Positions 21,204-30,979 of a stretch of DNA of 64,000 nt are shown piece by piece (positions within the stretch are counted from its first letter, which is position 1; the number at the start of each line of letters is the position of its first letter). The position numbers and the translations under genes are program-made. The stretch covers positions 11,337-75,336 of the forward strand of contig CAZEDX010000007.1 of assembly GCA_964511015.1 (NCBI GenBank), written 5' to 3'. Below the pieces are notes generated by a model. That model made no database searches, had not been told where the DNA came from, and saw nothing but the letters and a program-made list of their open reading frames with translations. This DNA comes from an uncultured bacterium. GTDB lineage: Bacteria > Lernaellota > Lernaellaia > Lernaellales > Lernaellaceae.

Positions 21204-22751
21204 ATGCGCGTACTGCTCGTGCGCCCGCCCAAATACCTGTGGCCCTACATGAACGAGCAGGACAACTACCTGCTGCCGCAGGCGGTCGTTTGTCTCGGCG
21301 CCGAGGCGCGCCGCCGCGGCCACGAAGTCACCCTGCTCGACTGCCTGCCGGTGAAGATGGGCTGGCGCAGCCTGGAGCGGACCATCCGTGAGTTGCGGCC
21401 GCAGGTCGTGTGCGCCGGCGACAGCGAGACGTTGTACCAGCACGAAAGCGGCCGGGTGTTCCAACTGGCCAAAGCGATCGATCCGCAAATTTTCACCATC
21501 GCGGGCGGTGTGCATTTCTCGCACGCCTGCGAACATGCCTTTGCCCACTACCCGATCGACGCGATCGTGCGTGGTGAGGGTGAACGGACTTTCGGCGAAT
21601 TGCTCGATACACTGGCCGGCGGCGGCACGATCGATCGTATCGCCGGGTTGGCGCTACCCGACGGCCAAGGCGGCGTACGCTACACCGCGCGCCGCGAACT
21701 GATCGACAACCTCGATGAACTTCCCTTGCCGGCCTATGACCTGATGCCGATGGACCGCTATGGCACGGCGCGCTATCTTTTCTCCCCCGGCGGCGTGACC
21801 ATGCACCACAGCCGCGGATGCGTCGACGGCTGCGCCTATTGCGCTTGCTGGCTGCAGATGGCGCGGCGCGACGGCCAACCACCCGGCGAGCAGCTGTTGC
21901 CGCGGTGGCGCACGCGCTCGGTCGGCCCGGTGGTCGACGAGATGGAGCTGCTGCGCCGGCGCTACGGCAAATCCTGCATCGTGTTCGTCGATGACACGTG
22001 GAACGTCGATCCGAAATGGAGCGATGCCTTTGCCGAGGAATTGCTGCGCCGGCGGCTGGACCTTGTCTGGTTCGCATTCATGCGCGCCGATCTACTCGCG
22101 CGCGACGAGGAATCTGGCCTGTTCGCCAAGTTGATGCGCGCGGGGCTGACCCACATTTGCATCGGCATGGAGCGGGCCGACGACGCCGAATTGCGAGATC
22201 TGCAGAAGCACAACATTCGGCTCGAACGCAGCACCGAACTGGTGCGCACCTTGCGCCGCAAACATCCGGCGTTGTTTCTGCAGACGACGTTCATCGTCGG
22301 GTTGCCACAGGACACGCCGGAGAGTCTGGACCGGCTGTTGGGCTACGTCGAAAGCATCGACCCCGATTACCCGGCGTTCCACCCGATCACGCCGGTGCCG
22401 GGCACGGCGTTGTGGGACCAGGCCAAGCAAGACCGGCGCTTGGAGATCACCGACTTTACGCGCTACGACTGGATGACGCCGGTCATGCGCACCGACACGA
22501 TGTCGCGGGAAGATCTCGAATATAAAATCTGGCAGATGAATTCGCGCTACCTCAATCCGTGGCGGATTCTGCGCGGGGCGCTCTCGCGCCACACCTACCG
22601 CCGGCGAATGTACCTATGGTGGTTGCTGGTTAGTGCGCGCGTTGGTTGGGATTTCGTGCTTGACCGCGTGCTGCCGTCGCGTTCGACCCGCCGCAAGGCC
22701 CAGCTCTCGCAGTACGTCGGCATGATCAAACCGGATTGGTACGACCGGTGA
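21204..22751 (+). CDS. Cobalamin-binding radical SAM protein (BchE-like architecture)
   Basis: GGVHFS, GEGE, RGCVDGCAYC, FVDDTW, FIVGLPQDT. Confidence 0.92.
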   Translation: MRVLLVRPPKYLWPYMNEQDNYLLPQAVVCLGAEARRRGHEVTLLDCLPVKMGWRSLERTIRELRPQVVCAGDSETLYQHESGRVFQLAKAIDPQIFTIAGGVHFSHACEHAFAHYPIDAIVRGEGERTFGELLDTLAGGGTIDRIAGLALPDGQGGVRYTARRELIDNLDELPLPAYDLMPMDRYGTARYLFSPGGVTMHHSRGCVDGCAYCACWLQMARRDGQPPGEQLLPRWRTRSVGPVVDEMELLRRRYGKSCIVFVDDTWNVDPKWSDAFAEELLRRRLDLVWFAFMRADLLARDEESGLFAKLMRAGLTHICIGMERADDAELRDLQKHNIRLERSTELVRTLRRKHPALFLQTTFIVGLPQDTPESLDRLLGYVESIDPDYPAFHPITPVPGTALWDQAKQDRRLEITDFTRYDWMTPVMRTDTMSREDLEYKIWQMNSRYLNPWRILRGALSRHTYRRRMYLWWLLVSARVGWDFVLDRVLPSRSTRRKAQLSQYVGMIKPDWYDR

Positions 22752-24228
22752 GCGGTTCGACGCCACGGCTGGCCGGCGCGCGCGTCGCTTTCCTCCAAAC
22801 CAATGCCATCAACGAATCGCTCGGCTTGTGCGACCTGGCCGGCCACCTCCGCGAGCAGGGGGTGACGACGCGCCTGTTCCTGCGGCGCGAAGAGCGGCGA
22901 TTGCCCGAAGAGTTGCGCGCCTTCGCGCCCGAGTTGGTCGTCATTCCGGCCGACCTGTTGGGCCACAACGGCGCCCTCGCGCTGGCTGCGCTGGCGAAGG
23001 CGGCCACCAACGCGCCGACCGTTCTGGGTGGTACGCACCCGACCTTCTTCCCCAACATCGTGCACCGGCCGCATGTCGATTTCGCCTTTGCCGGCGAAGC
23101 GGAAGGGGTAGTGACCGATCTGCTCGCGGCAGTACGTGGCGGCAGCGATCCGTCCGGCATCCCGAATCTCATTGTGCGCGAGGGCGACCAGGAACGCATC
23201 AATCCGTTGCGCCCGCTGGTGGCCGATCTCGACCGGACCGCACTGCCCGACCGCGAAATCTACTATCGCTATCCCTTCCTTTCCGCGTTTCCGTGGAAAA
23301 GTTTGCTACCGGCCGCGGTTGCCTAAATTCCTGCGGCTATTGCTTCAACCCGGCCTACCGCGGGTTGGCCGGCGGTCCGCACGGTTTCTTCCGGCGCAAG
23401 GGGCCAGCGCGCATCGTGCAGGAGATCGAGCAGGTGCGGGCACGGCACCGGTTGGGAATCGTGCATTTTTCCGACGATCTGTTTTCCAGTGGCGAGGAAT
23501 GGCTTGCCTCGTGTGCCGAGGTCTACCGCCGCGAGGTGGCGCTGCCATTCTCGTGCAATGTGTTTGCCACGACGATCAACGAACGCACTGTCGGCGCATT
23601 GCGCGATGCGGGTTGCCGCGTATTGGCGATGGGCGTCGAGATCGCCGATGACGACCTGCGCGTGCGTCTGCTCAACAAGCCGGTGCGCACCGAACAGATT
23701 GTCGCGGCGGCGGCGTTGGTCAAGCAGGCGGGCATCCGGCTGGTGACGTTCAACATTCTCGGCCTGCCATGGTCGTCGCCCGAACAAGACCTCGACACGC
23801 TGCTGCTTAACCGACGTCTGGGCGTCAGCCACACGCGTGTGGCCGTACTGGTTCCGTTCCCCAAAAGTGCACTGACCAAGAAGTTGATCGACGAAGGCTA
23901 TCTGTGCGCCGACTACCACGAGCGTATCTACGAACTCGACGATCTGCCGCGCTGGCCGGCCGAAAGCGTGTTCCGCCGGCGCGATGTCGATCAAACCATG
24001 CGACTGTTCCGCCTCTGGCACCTATTGTTGCGGCTGCCGTTGGCGAAACCGGCGTTATTGCGGCTGGTGCGGTCGCGATGGGCGCAAGCGCTCGTGCCCT
24101 TGGCCTGGTGGTTCGGTCTGACCAACGAGAAACGCCTCTTTGGATTCCGCTGGCGCGAAGGTTTTCGCTATTTCCGGCACGTCAAGAGCCCGGCGCTCAA
24201 AACCACCAATTACGTTTCGTTTGTCTGA
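22748..24228 (+). pseudogene. Cobalamin-binding radical SAM gene split by a frameshift at 23297-23300 (pseudogene, recoding or assembly error)
   Basis: GTG 22748 overlaps previous stop. B12 domain (GGTHPT, GEAE) ends at TAA 23326; the radical SAM half (FATGRGCLNSCGYC...) is in another frame to 24228. One extra A in TGGAAAAG restores ...PWKKFATGRGC. Confidence 0.85.
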
Positions 24229-24233
24229 ACCGG

Positions 24234-26531
24234 CTAGTGACTACCCGTGGCGAACCTGTGCGCCAGCATGATGACGGCCAGGGCGGCATAGCCGATTGCC
24301 GCCTGATAAATGATGTTGGTATAACCGAAGTTGATGATCATCATCATGGCGTAGGTAGCCCCCGCCACCGACGACAAGGTGCTGATAGCGTAGGTGACCG
24401 GCACGGCGTTGTCGCGCCCGTGCCCGGCCAGCCAGGTGACCACGTGCGGGTAGAAGAAGCCCAGGCACAAGCCGACCGGGGAGATGATCAAAACGGTGAT
24501 CACCGTCTTGACCGGCAGCGACCAGCCTAGGCGCCGTTCGATGACCGAGTGAATGATCGACGCCGAAACCGCGACGATGCCGGCCACGATCAGCGGCATC
24601 AGGTTCATCGGCAGCCGGCCGCGCAACCGGTTGTACAACGCGCTGCCCGCGGCGTTGGTCATCAGGAAAATGGTGAGCAACAACGCCATGCTGTATAGCG
24701 GGTTCTCCAGAAACAACTCTAGCTTGCCGATATAAGTGATCTCCACCAGCATGTAACAAAAGCCGGTGACGAGCAGGTACAACATCATGCTCGGCGGCGG
24801 CATCGGCGCGTGGCGCACGTAGAGGAAAGCCAGAATGCCCATCAACACTAAGGCGATCAGCAGCATGGTCGTGATTTTGATCCAACTCCGGTAGTACGCC
24901 ACCGTCGCCAACTCGGCACCGGACGGAATCAGCTTGAAGCCGGCGAAATCCAGCCGGTGTAGATAAGGGCGATCGTCGGTGACCAACAGCGGCTTCGGCA
25001 GCACCGGGCCTTCGATGGCTTTCACGGCGTCCGACCGGTTGTTGGGACGTCCCGGAAGGTAGCGCCGGGTCCGGCCGAACAGATCCGACAGCACTTGCGT
25101 GTCCTGCTCGCTGTAAGGGCTCATCGAGAACATCAGGTCATCGCAGCGGTCCAAGCGGTGACGCGACGCCAGGGCAACATGGTTTTTGAAATCGCTCATG
25201 CCCCGGTCGTTGAAAACCGCCTTCAGCGATTGAATCAGATGCGAAGCGGGTTGGCAGTTGAACATCAACATGCCGTTGGGTCGCAAGTGGTCGAGGTAGA
25301 TCTCGATCGCTTCTCTCGTGTCGAGGTATTTGCGGCTGTGACCGGTTTTGTATTGGGACGTGGCCGCGTCGGAACCGGCGTAGATAACGTCGTATTTGGT
25401 CCGGTCGTTGTCCATGAACCGGCGTCCCTCGACCAAATGCATTTTTACGTGCGGCAGAGCAAAGAAATCACGAAGGTGGTAGTCGGCTAGTTCCGGCGAT
25501 CCCAGGGCGAAATCCATCACTAGCGGGTTGATTTCCACGCCGACCAAACGCCGCCGCCCGCCGCCGATGGCGTTGAACTTGATCATGTCGCGGCCGCAGC
25601 CGGCAAACATGACCAGAATATCGTCGGTCGGCCGCCCCAGCAGGAACGGCGCGCGGACTTCGGAGTTCTTGGCGACCAACGATGAGTCGAGCGGCCGATA
25701 GGGAATGACATAGACATTGCTCTCGGCGTTGTCGTGGACGATCTTGTATTCAGTTCGTTCGTGGCCGGTCTTCTGGATGCTGACCAACGACACGCGGGAG
25801 AACTCGTTCCAACGGTGAGCGATTTCGCGCACAATGCTGTGTTTGTCGGCCACCGCTTGTTGCAGGTCATAACGACCTTCGAGAAAAACAAGCCATGGCA
25901 ACGTGGCTAGGCTAAGAACGAGAAAAACGCCGGCCGTCTTGATCTTTGCCCGGCCAAGCGCCATCGCGGTGACACCGGTCATCGCCAGTAGACAGATGAT
26001 GATCAGGTAAGGCAAGTCGATGAAGTGGAACAGCAGCGGGGTCACACAACAGGCCACCGAAGCGCCGAGCAAGTCACAACCGTAGATCTTGCCGATCCGT
26101 TGCCGATTGATCGCGTACAACGCCGTCAAGATTCGGCCCACGGCATAGAATGGTGGCAGAAAGACCGCCACGAACACGGCCGATTTGAAAAACGACTGCG
26201 CGCCGCCGACGTTCGTGCGGTGAGTGATGGGGAAGAACTGGCTGAACAGCAGGAAAGCCACGGCGAACGACAGGAACGACAACACCGTTAGCCGCGCCAA
26301 CTCCGTGGCCAGGGGGAATTCCTCCACGTTCTTCTTGGAACGGTGAACGCTCAGACTACCCACCGCCAGACCAAACAAGGTCAGCGGAATGGCCAGAAAG
26401 GCGTTGGCATAGTTTAGATAGAAAACGGACATGCGGGAGATCAGCAGCTCGAACATCAAGACGCAGAAAGAGAGAACCAGGACGATCAACAGCGCCTGGC
26501 GGGTTCTATTTTCTTCGGGGGTACCCAACAT
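24234..26531 (-). CDS. Multi-TM membrane protein with central spermidine-synthase/methyltransferase-like domain
   Basis: N- and C-terminal TM bundles flanking WNEFSRV, MFAGCGRD, GVEINP, EGRRF, YDVI...D motifs. Confidence 0.75.
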   Translation of the reverse strand: MLGTPEENRTRQALLIVLVLSFCVLMFELLISRMSVFYLNYANAFLAIPLTLFGLAVGSLSVHRSKKNVEEFPLATELARLTVLSFLSFAVAFLLFSQFFPITHRTNVGGAQSFFKSAVFVAVFLPPFYAVGRILTALYAINRQRIGKIYGCDLLGASVACCVTPLLFHFIDLPYLIIICLLAMTGVTAMALGRAKIKTAGVFLVLSLATLPWLVFLEGRYDLQQAVADKHSIVREIAHRWNEFSRVSLVSIQKTGHERTEYKIVHDNAESNVYVIPYRPLDSSLVAKNSEVRAPFLLGRPTDDILVMFAGCGRDMIKFNAIGGGRRRLVGVEINPLVMDFALGSPELADYHLRDFFALPHVKMHLVEGRRFMDNDRTKYDVIYAGSDAATSQYKTGHSRKYLDTREAIEIYLDHLRPNGMLMFNCQPASHLIQSLKAVFNDRGMSDFKNHVALASRHRLDRCDDLMFSMSPYSEQDTQVLSDLFGRTRRYLPGRPNNRSDAVKAIEGPVLPKPLLVTDDRPYLHRLDFAGFKLIPSGAELATVAYYRSWIKITTMLLIALVLMGILAFLYVRHAPMPPPSMMLYLLVTGFCYMLVEITYIGKLELFLENPLYSMALLLTIFLMTNAAGSALYNRLRGRLPMNLMPLIVAGIVAVSASIIHSVIERRLGWSLPVKTVITVLIISPVGLCLGFFYPHVVTWLAGHGRDNAVPVTYAISTLSSVAGATYAMMMIINFGYTNIIYQAAIGYAALAVIMLAHRFATGSH

Positions 26532-26633
26532 GACCCACTGCCCTCCACGACGATAGACGAAAAAAACAACGTGATACTATGGGGGGAGGGCGGGCGGATC
26601 AAGGGAGTAGTCGCCGGGGTCGTGAAGAGAACC

Positions 26634-29600
26634 CTACGGTTTTTCGTCCAATAGGCTGCGTACACGCGTAGCTAGCATTTCGGGAGTGAAGGGCTTGCTG
26701 ACGAAGTTGATGCCGTTCTCCAAAATGCCATGGTGGACGATGACGTCTTCCGTGTAACCGGAGGTGAATAGCACGCGCAGGCCGGGGTAAAAGTTGCGGA
26801 GGCGATCCGCCAACTCGCGGCCGTTCATGCCCGGCATAATGACATCGGTGATCAGAAGTTGAATCGGGTGTGGATCCTTGGCTATCGCGGTGAGGGCGGC
26901 TGTGCCGCTGGGAAAGGCCAGGACCTTGTAGCCGAGCCTCTCCAGGATCTTGTATCCCAGGTCACGCACGACCGCTTCATCTTCGACCAGTATGATGGTC
27001 TCTCGCCCGCCGGGAAGCATGGCCGAACGAACCGGCGCCGATTCTTGCTCGCCTGCTTCCGCCGTGCGTGGCAGAAAAACCTTGAAGGTCGTGCCGTGGT
27101 TGACTTCGGAATACGCCGAAACGCTGCCACGGTTCTGTTTCACGATGCCGTAGACCGTGGCTAGGCCCAGGCCGGTGCCTTTGCCTAGCTCTTTGGTGGT
27201 AAAGAACGGTTCAAAAATGTGATCCAGCACATGCGGCGGCATGCCGCGGCCGGTGTCGCTGATCGCCAGGCAGATGTAAGCGCCGGGCAACATGTCCGGA
27301 TGACTTGCGCAGTATGCTTCGTCGAGTTCCACTCCGCTGGTTTCGATCGTCAGACGCCCGCCGTCGGGCATGGCATCGCGGGCATTGACGGCCAGGTTCA
27401 CTACGATCTGTTCGACCTGGCCGGGGTCGATCAATGCGCCGCCGATCCCATCGGGCAGGATCGTTACCAATTCGATGTCCTCGCCGATCAGGCGGCGCAA
27501 CATCTTCTGCAGGTTGCGGACGATATGATTGATGCTGACGTGTTTGGGCATCACGATCTGCCTGCGGCTGAAGGCGAGCAACTGGCGGGTCAGACCGGCC
27601 GCGCTTTCCGCCGCTTTGTTGATCTCTTCCAGCGTTTCACTCAGCGGGTCGCCGGGCGTGAGATCGAGCATGGCCAACGAGATGTTGCCCATGATGCCGG
27701 TCAGTAGGTTGTTGAAATCGTGGGCCACCCCCCCGGCGAGACGGCCGACCGACTCGAGTTTGCGGGCTTGCTCCAGTTGGGCCTCGAGTTTGGCCCGTTC
27801 TTGTTCGGCGTGCTTGCGTTCTGTGATGTCGCGAATTACCCCCAGGGTCCCATTCATGACGCCGTCTTTGTAAGCCGGGGAGGCTGTCAACTCGGCGTGG
27901 AAGGTGGTGCCGTCGAATCGTTTGGCGGTCAAGCGGAAGTCGGAAACGGCTTGTGCCGAACTCATACTCTCGCGAAAAGCCATCATGGCGCGTGGGATCT
28001 CCTCATCCGGCAGGAAATCGGTGAACATGCGACCCAGCATTTGCGCTTCGGTGCAGCGGAACATTTCGTTCACCGCCGGCGATGCGTAAGTGATCACGCC
28101 ATGGGTGTCGGTCAGGAAGATCAGACTCGGGATCTGTTCGGTGATGCGGCGCAGTCGTTCTTCGCTCTCGCGTACCGCTTCGGTCGCGCGTTTGTGTTCG
28201 ATCTGCTTCCACATAGCTTCCGCGATCAAAGTGATTTGGTTGACGTCGTTGTCGTCGTATTCTTCTTCCTTGTTGCCCACGCCCGCGACCAGCACAATGC
28301 GGCCGCCGGAAAACACCGGCAGATTCAGGTGTCGTTTGATGTGCACATGTCCGGCCGGATAGCCCCTTTTCCACGGGTTGTCCGCCTGGTAGTCATTGGT
28401 GAAAATCGGCCGGCGTTGCCGCACGGCTTCGCCCCACAGGCCCGTAGTGTCGATGGGGTACTTGATCGGCTTGTCGACCATCGCGCACTCGGCCAAGGCT
28501 GACCCCGACCAGGAATGCATGGTCAGTATGCGTTCGTCCGCATCGTAAAAAGCCAGGTAACCGATGCGGCTCTTGGTCAGCCGCACGATGGCCTCCAGCG
28601 CGTAGTCAGTAATCTCCGCCAACGGCGCGTCTTCCATTTGGTTCAAGTGCAGCATCGCTTCGATGCGTTCCGCATTCAGACGCAACGCCTCTTCGGCCCG
28701 CCGGCGCTCGGAGATTTCGGTGAACACCGCCACCATCTTGCCGGGCGTGGTTTGGAACGCGCGGACTTCAAACACCCCGGCGATCTTGTTGTCGTGGTAG
28801 ATCATCTGCTCGGTAGACCAAGGAATACCTTTGGCCGCGGCGTCGCGATACCGCGCTGGGATCTCGGTGTCGATCAACGACGGGAAGGCTTCTTCGATGG
28901 TCTTGCCGACGAATTGGGTGTGATCCAGGCCGACGAAGTGATCCGCCGCCGAGTTCGAACCAAGAAAGACCAGTCGGCCGTCGTCGTGCAACTGGTAGAA
29001 ATGCATACCCATCGGCGAATTCTCGACGAGCGAGCGGTACATGATGTCGCCTTCTCGGGCGGCGTCTTCAATTCGTTTGCGCTCGGCAACTTCCCACGCG
29101 ATATCCGCGGCATATGCAGCGGTGTCGAGGTCCTTTTCCGTGTAGTCGTTCGCTTTGTTGCCGATACCCATCACCGCGACGATGCGTTCGCCGCGGAAAA
29201 TCGGCACCAGGAGTTCGCGAACCACCTCGGCGTGCCCGGTGGGCATTCCGCGGCGGTTGGGCAGGGAAGCGACGTCATTATGGATCAGCGGCCGTCGTTC
29301 GCGGACGCAGTCGATCCAGACGCCGGCCTGGTCGATGCTGTAGTGGCGGCTGCTCGGGTCGGCCTGACAGAACTCGCGTAAAGTGCGGCTGGACCAAGCT
29401 TGCAGTGAAAGCGAACGCTGGTCTTCCGAAACGTAGTGGAAAAAGCCAATGGGGCTGCCGGTCAAGTCGCCCACTCGATCCAGCGTTTCCTGCAACAATT
29501 CCGGCATGGTGTGCGTGGCCGCATACTGGGTCAGGTGCAGCCGCAATTCCATCAGCTTTTCGGTACGTTTGCGCTCGGTGATGTCGCGCAAATTGACGAC

Positions 29601-30866
29601 CACCGCATGGACCCGCGGGTCGTCGAGCAGGTTGCAGCCCACCGCTTCCAGATAGCGCCATTCGCCACTCGTATGCTGTTGGCGGTATTCCACCCGCCGC
29701 ACCGCGCCTGGTTCGCGCAAACCCGATTGAAAGACCTCCATCACTCCCGGCATATCGTCCGGGTGCATCTTTTCAAACGCGTTGCGGCCGATCCACGCCG
29801 AGGCCGGCAGGCCGGTCAGGGATTCGATCGGTTCGCTGACATAGAACGACACGCCGTTGGCGTCGAGTGTCGTCACTGCGTCGTTTGAGTTTTGAATCAG
29901 CAGCCGGAACCGAGCTTCGCTGGCGGCCAGTTTCTCTTCCGCGCGCCGGCGCTCGGTAATGTCTAGCGCCAGCGAACCGAAGCGGTAACCTTTGTCGGTT
30001 TTGATCGGAAAGACGACCTGCTGTATCTCAAGTCGTTCGCCTCGTCGGTTGACGATCGAGAAGTTGTCGCCACCGGCGAAGACAGGCTCGCCGGTGCGCA
30101 AGGCCTTTTGAATCGCCCGCCGGGCCGCTTCGCGTTTTTGCTCCACGTGCTCCCGGTCGATGAACATCTCGGCCAGTATGTCCCAGAGCGGTCGCCCCAC
30201 TGTTTCCGCGCGGCTCATCCCCGACATTTTTTCCGAGGCGGCATTCCATTCGACCACCAGGCCATCCTCGTCCACGATGTGCACGGCCAGCGCCGAATGC
30301 TCGATGAAGGAACGCAGGATTTCCTCGCTGCGCTGAACGTTTTCCTCGGCGCGCTTGCGTGCCGTTACGTCGCGAGTGACCCCGATCAGCCCAATCGCCG
30401 TTCCTTGTTCGTCGCGCAGGAAACGAATGGTGTTTTCGGTCCAGATCATCGACCCGTCACGGCAATACTCTTCCAAAAGCAGTGTTCTCGTACGGTCTTT
30501 GGGAACGGTTGGGTCTTGCTCCAGCGCCATCTCTTCTTGAAAAGCCGTAATCGCCACGGCCAGCGACTCGGGGGTCATGACCTCCGGTAGGGTCTGCTTC
30601 AGGGATTCCTCGACTGTATAGCCGCGCATCCAAGCCACCGCCGGGCTCGAATACGTGAATTCCAGGTTCATATTGCAGATCCAGATCACATCGGTGGCGT
30701 TGTCCACCACGAGGCGGTACTTTTCGACCTCCGCCTGCAACTCGGCGACGCGTTGTTCCAATTGCGTCACGCGGCTGAGCTCCGCCTTTTTCGAAGTTCC
30801 AGGGTCGCGCTTGCTTTCAGTTTTCAGATGGTTGGTCCTCTTTGGCGCGTCCAACTTTTCTTTCAT
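26634..30866 (-). CDS. Cytoplasmic hybrid histidine kinase (about 5 PAS, 2 GAF, HisKA, HATPase, REC)
   Basis: ATG 30866 with GGAG-rich SD; repeated PAS ends (RDVT/LDIT/RDIT), HDFNNLL, NARDAMP, GTGLGL, C-terminal LLITDVIMP...KPF. Confidence 0.93.
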   Translation of the reverse strand: MKEKLDAPKRTNHLKTESKRDPGTSKKAELSRVTQLEQRVAELQAEVEKYRLVVDNATDVIWICNMNLEFTYSSPAVAWMRGYTVEESLKQTLPEVMTPESLAVAITAFQEEMALEQDPTVPKDRTRTLLLEEYCRDGSMIWTENTIRFLRDEQGTAIGLIGVTRDVTARKRAEENVQRSEEILRSFIEHSALAVHIVDEDGLVVEWNAASEKMSGMSRAETVGRPLWDILAEMFIDREHVEQKREAARRAIQKALRTGEPVFAGGDNFSIVNRRGERLEIQQVVFPIKTDKGYRFGSLALDITERRRAEEKLAASEARFRLLIQNSNDAVTTLDANGVSFYVSEPIESLTGLPASAWIGRNAFEKMHPDDMPGVMEVFQSGLREPGAVRRVEYRQQHTSGEWRYLEAVGCNLLDDPRVHAVVVNLRDITERKRTEKLMELRLHLTQYAATHTMPELLQETLDRVGDLTGSPIGFFHYVSEDQRSLSLQAWSSRTLREFCQADPSSRHYSIDQAGVWIDCVRERRPLIHNDVASLPNRRGMPTGHAEVVRELLVPIFRGERIVAVMGIGNKANDYTEKDLDTAAYAADIAWEVAERKRIEDAAREGDIMYRSLVENSPMGMHFYQLHDDGRLVFLGSNSAADHFVGLDHTQFVGKTIEEAFPSLIDTEIPARYRDAAAKGIPWSTEQMIYHDNKIAGVFEVRAFQTTPGKMVAVFTEISERRRAEEALRLNAERIEAMLHLNQMEDAPLAEITDYALEAIVRLTKSRIGYLAFYDADERILTMHSWSGSALAECAMVDKPIKYPIDTTGLWGEAVRQRRPIFTNDYQADNPWKRGYPAGHVHIKRHLNLPVFSGGRIVLVAGVGNKEEEYDDNDVNQITLIAEAMWKQIEHKRATEAVRESEERLRRITEQIPSLIFLTDTHGVITYASPAVNEMFRCTEAQMLGRMFTDFLPDEEIPRAMMAFRESMSSAQAVSDFRLTAKRFDGTTFHAELTASPAYKDGVMNGTLGVIRDITERKHAEQERAKLEAQLEQARKLESVGRLAGGVAHDFNNLLTGIMGNISLAMLDLTPGDPLSETLEEINKAAESAAGLTRQLLAFSRRQIVMPKHVSINHIVRNLQKMLRRLIGEDIELVTILPDGIGGALIDPGQVEQIVVNLAVNARDAMPDGGRLTIETSGVELDEAYCASHPDMLPGAYICLAISDTGRGMPPHVLDHIFEPFFTTKELGKGTGLGLATVYGIVKQNRGSVSAYSEVNHGTTFKVFLPRTAEAGEQESAPVRSAMLPGGRETIILVEDEAVVRDLGYKILERLGYKVLAFPSGTAALTAIAKDPHPIQLLITDVIMPGMNGRELADRLRNFYPGLRVLFTSGYTEDVIVHHGILENGINFVSKPFTPEMLATRVRSLLDEKP

Positions 30867-30979
30867 CCGTCTCCCGCCTCTAAGTCCATTCGGCCAATCT
30901 AACAATCAGCGAAAGCGAAAAGCAATCAAACGTGCCGCGATCTTCCAATCATGCGGAGTTTGTTGCAGTGCCCCTAATT

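Noticed and set aside
26634-30866. Very large multi-PAS/GAF hybrid kinase
   Set aside because: This architecture is routine in anaerobic deltaproteobacteria-like genomes and has no unusual domain.
30921-30937. Sigma54-like promoter GGCACG-TTTGA-TTGCT upstream of the hybrid kinase
   Set aside because: GG to GC spacing is 11 nt, not the strictly required 10.
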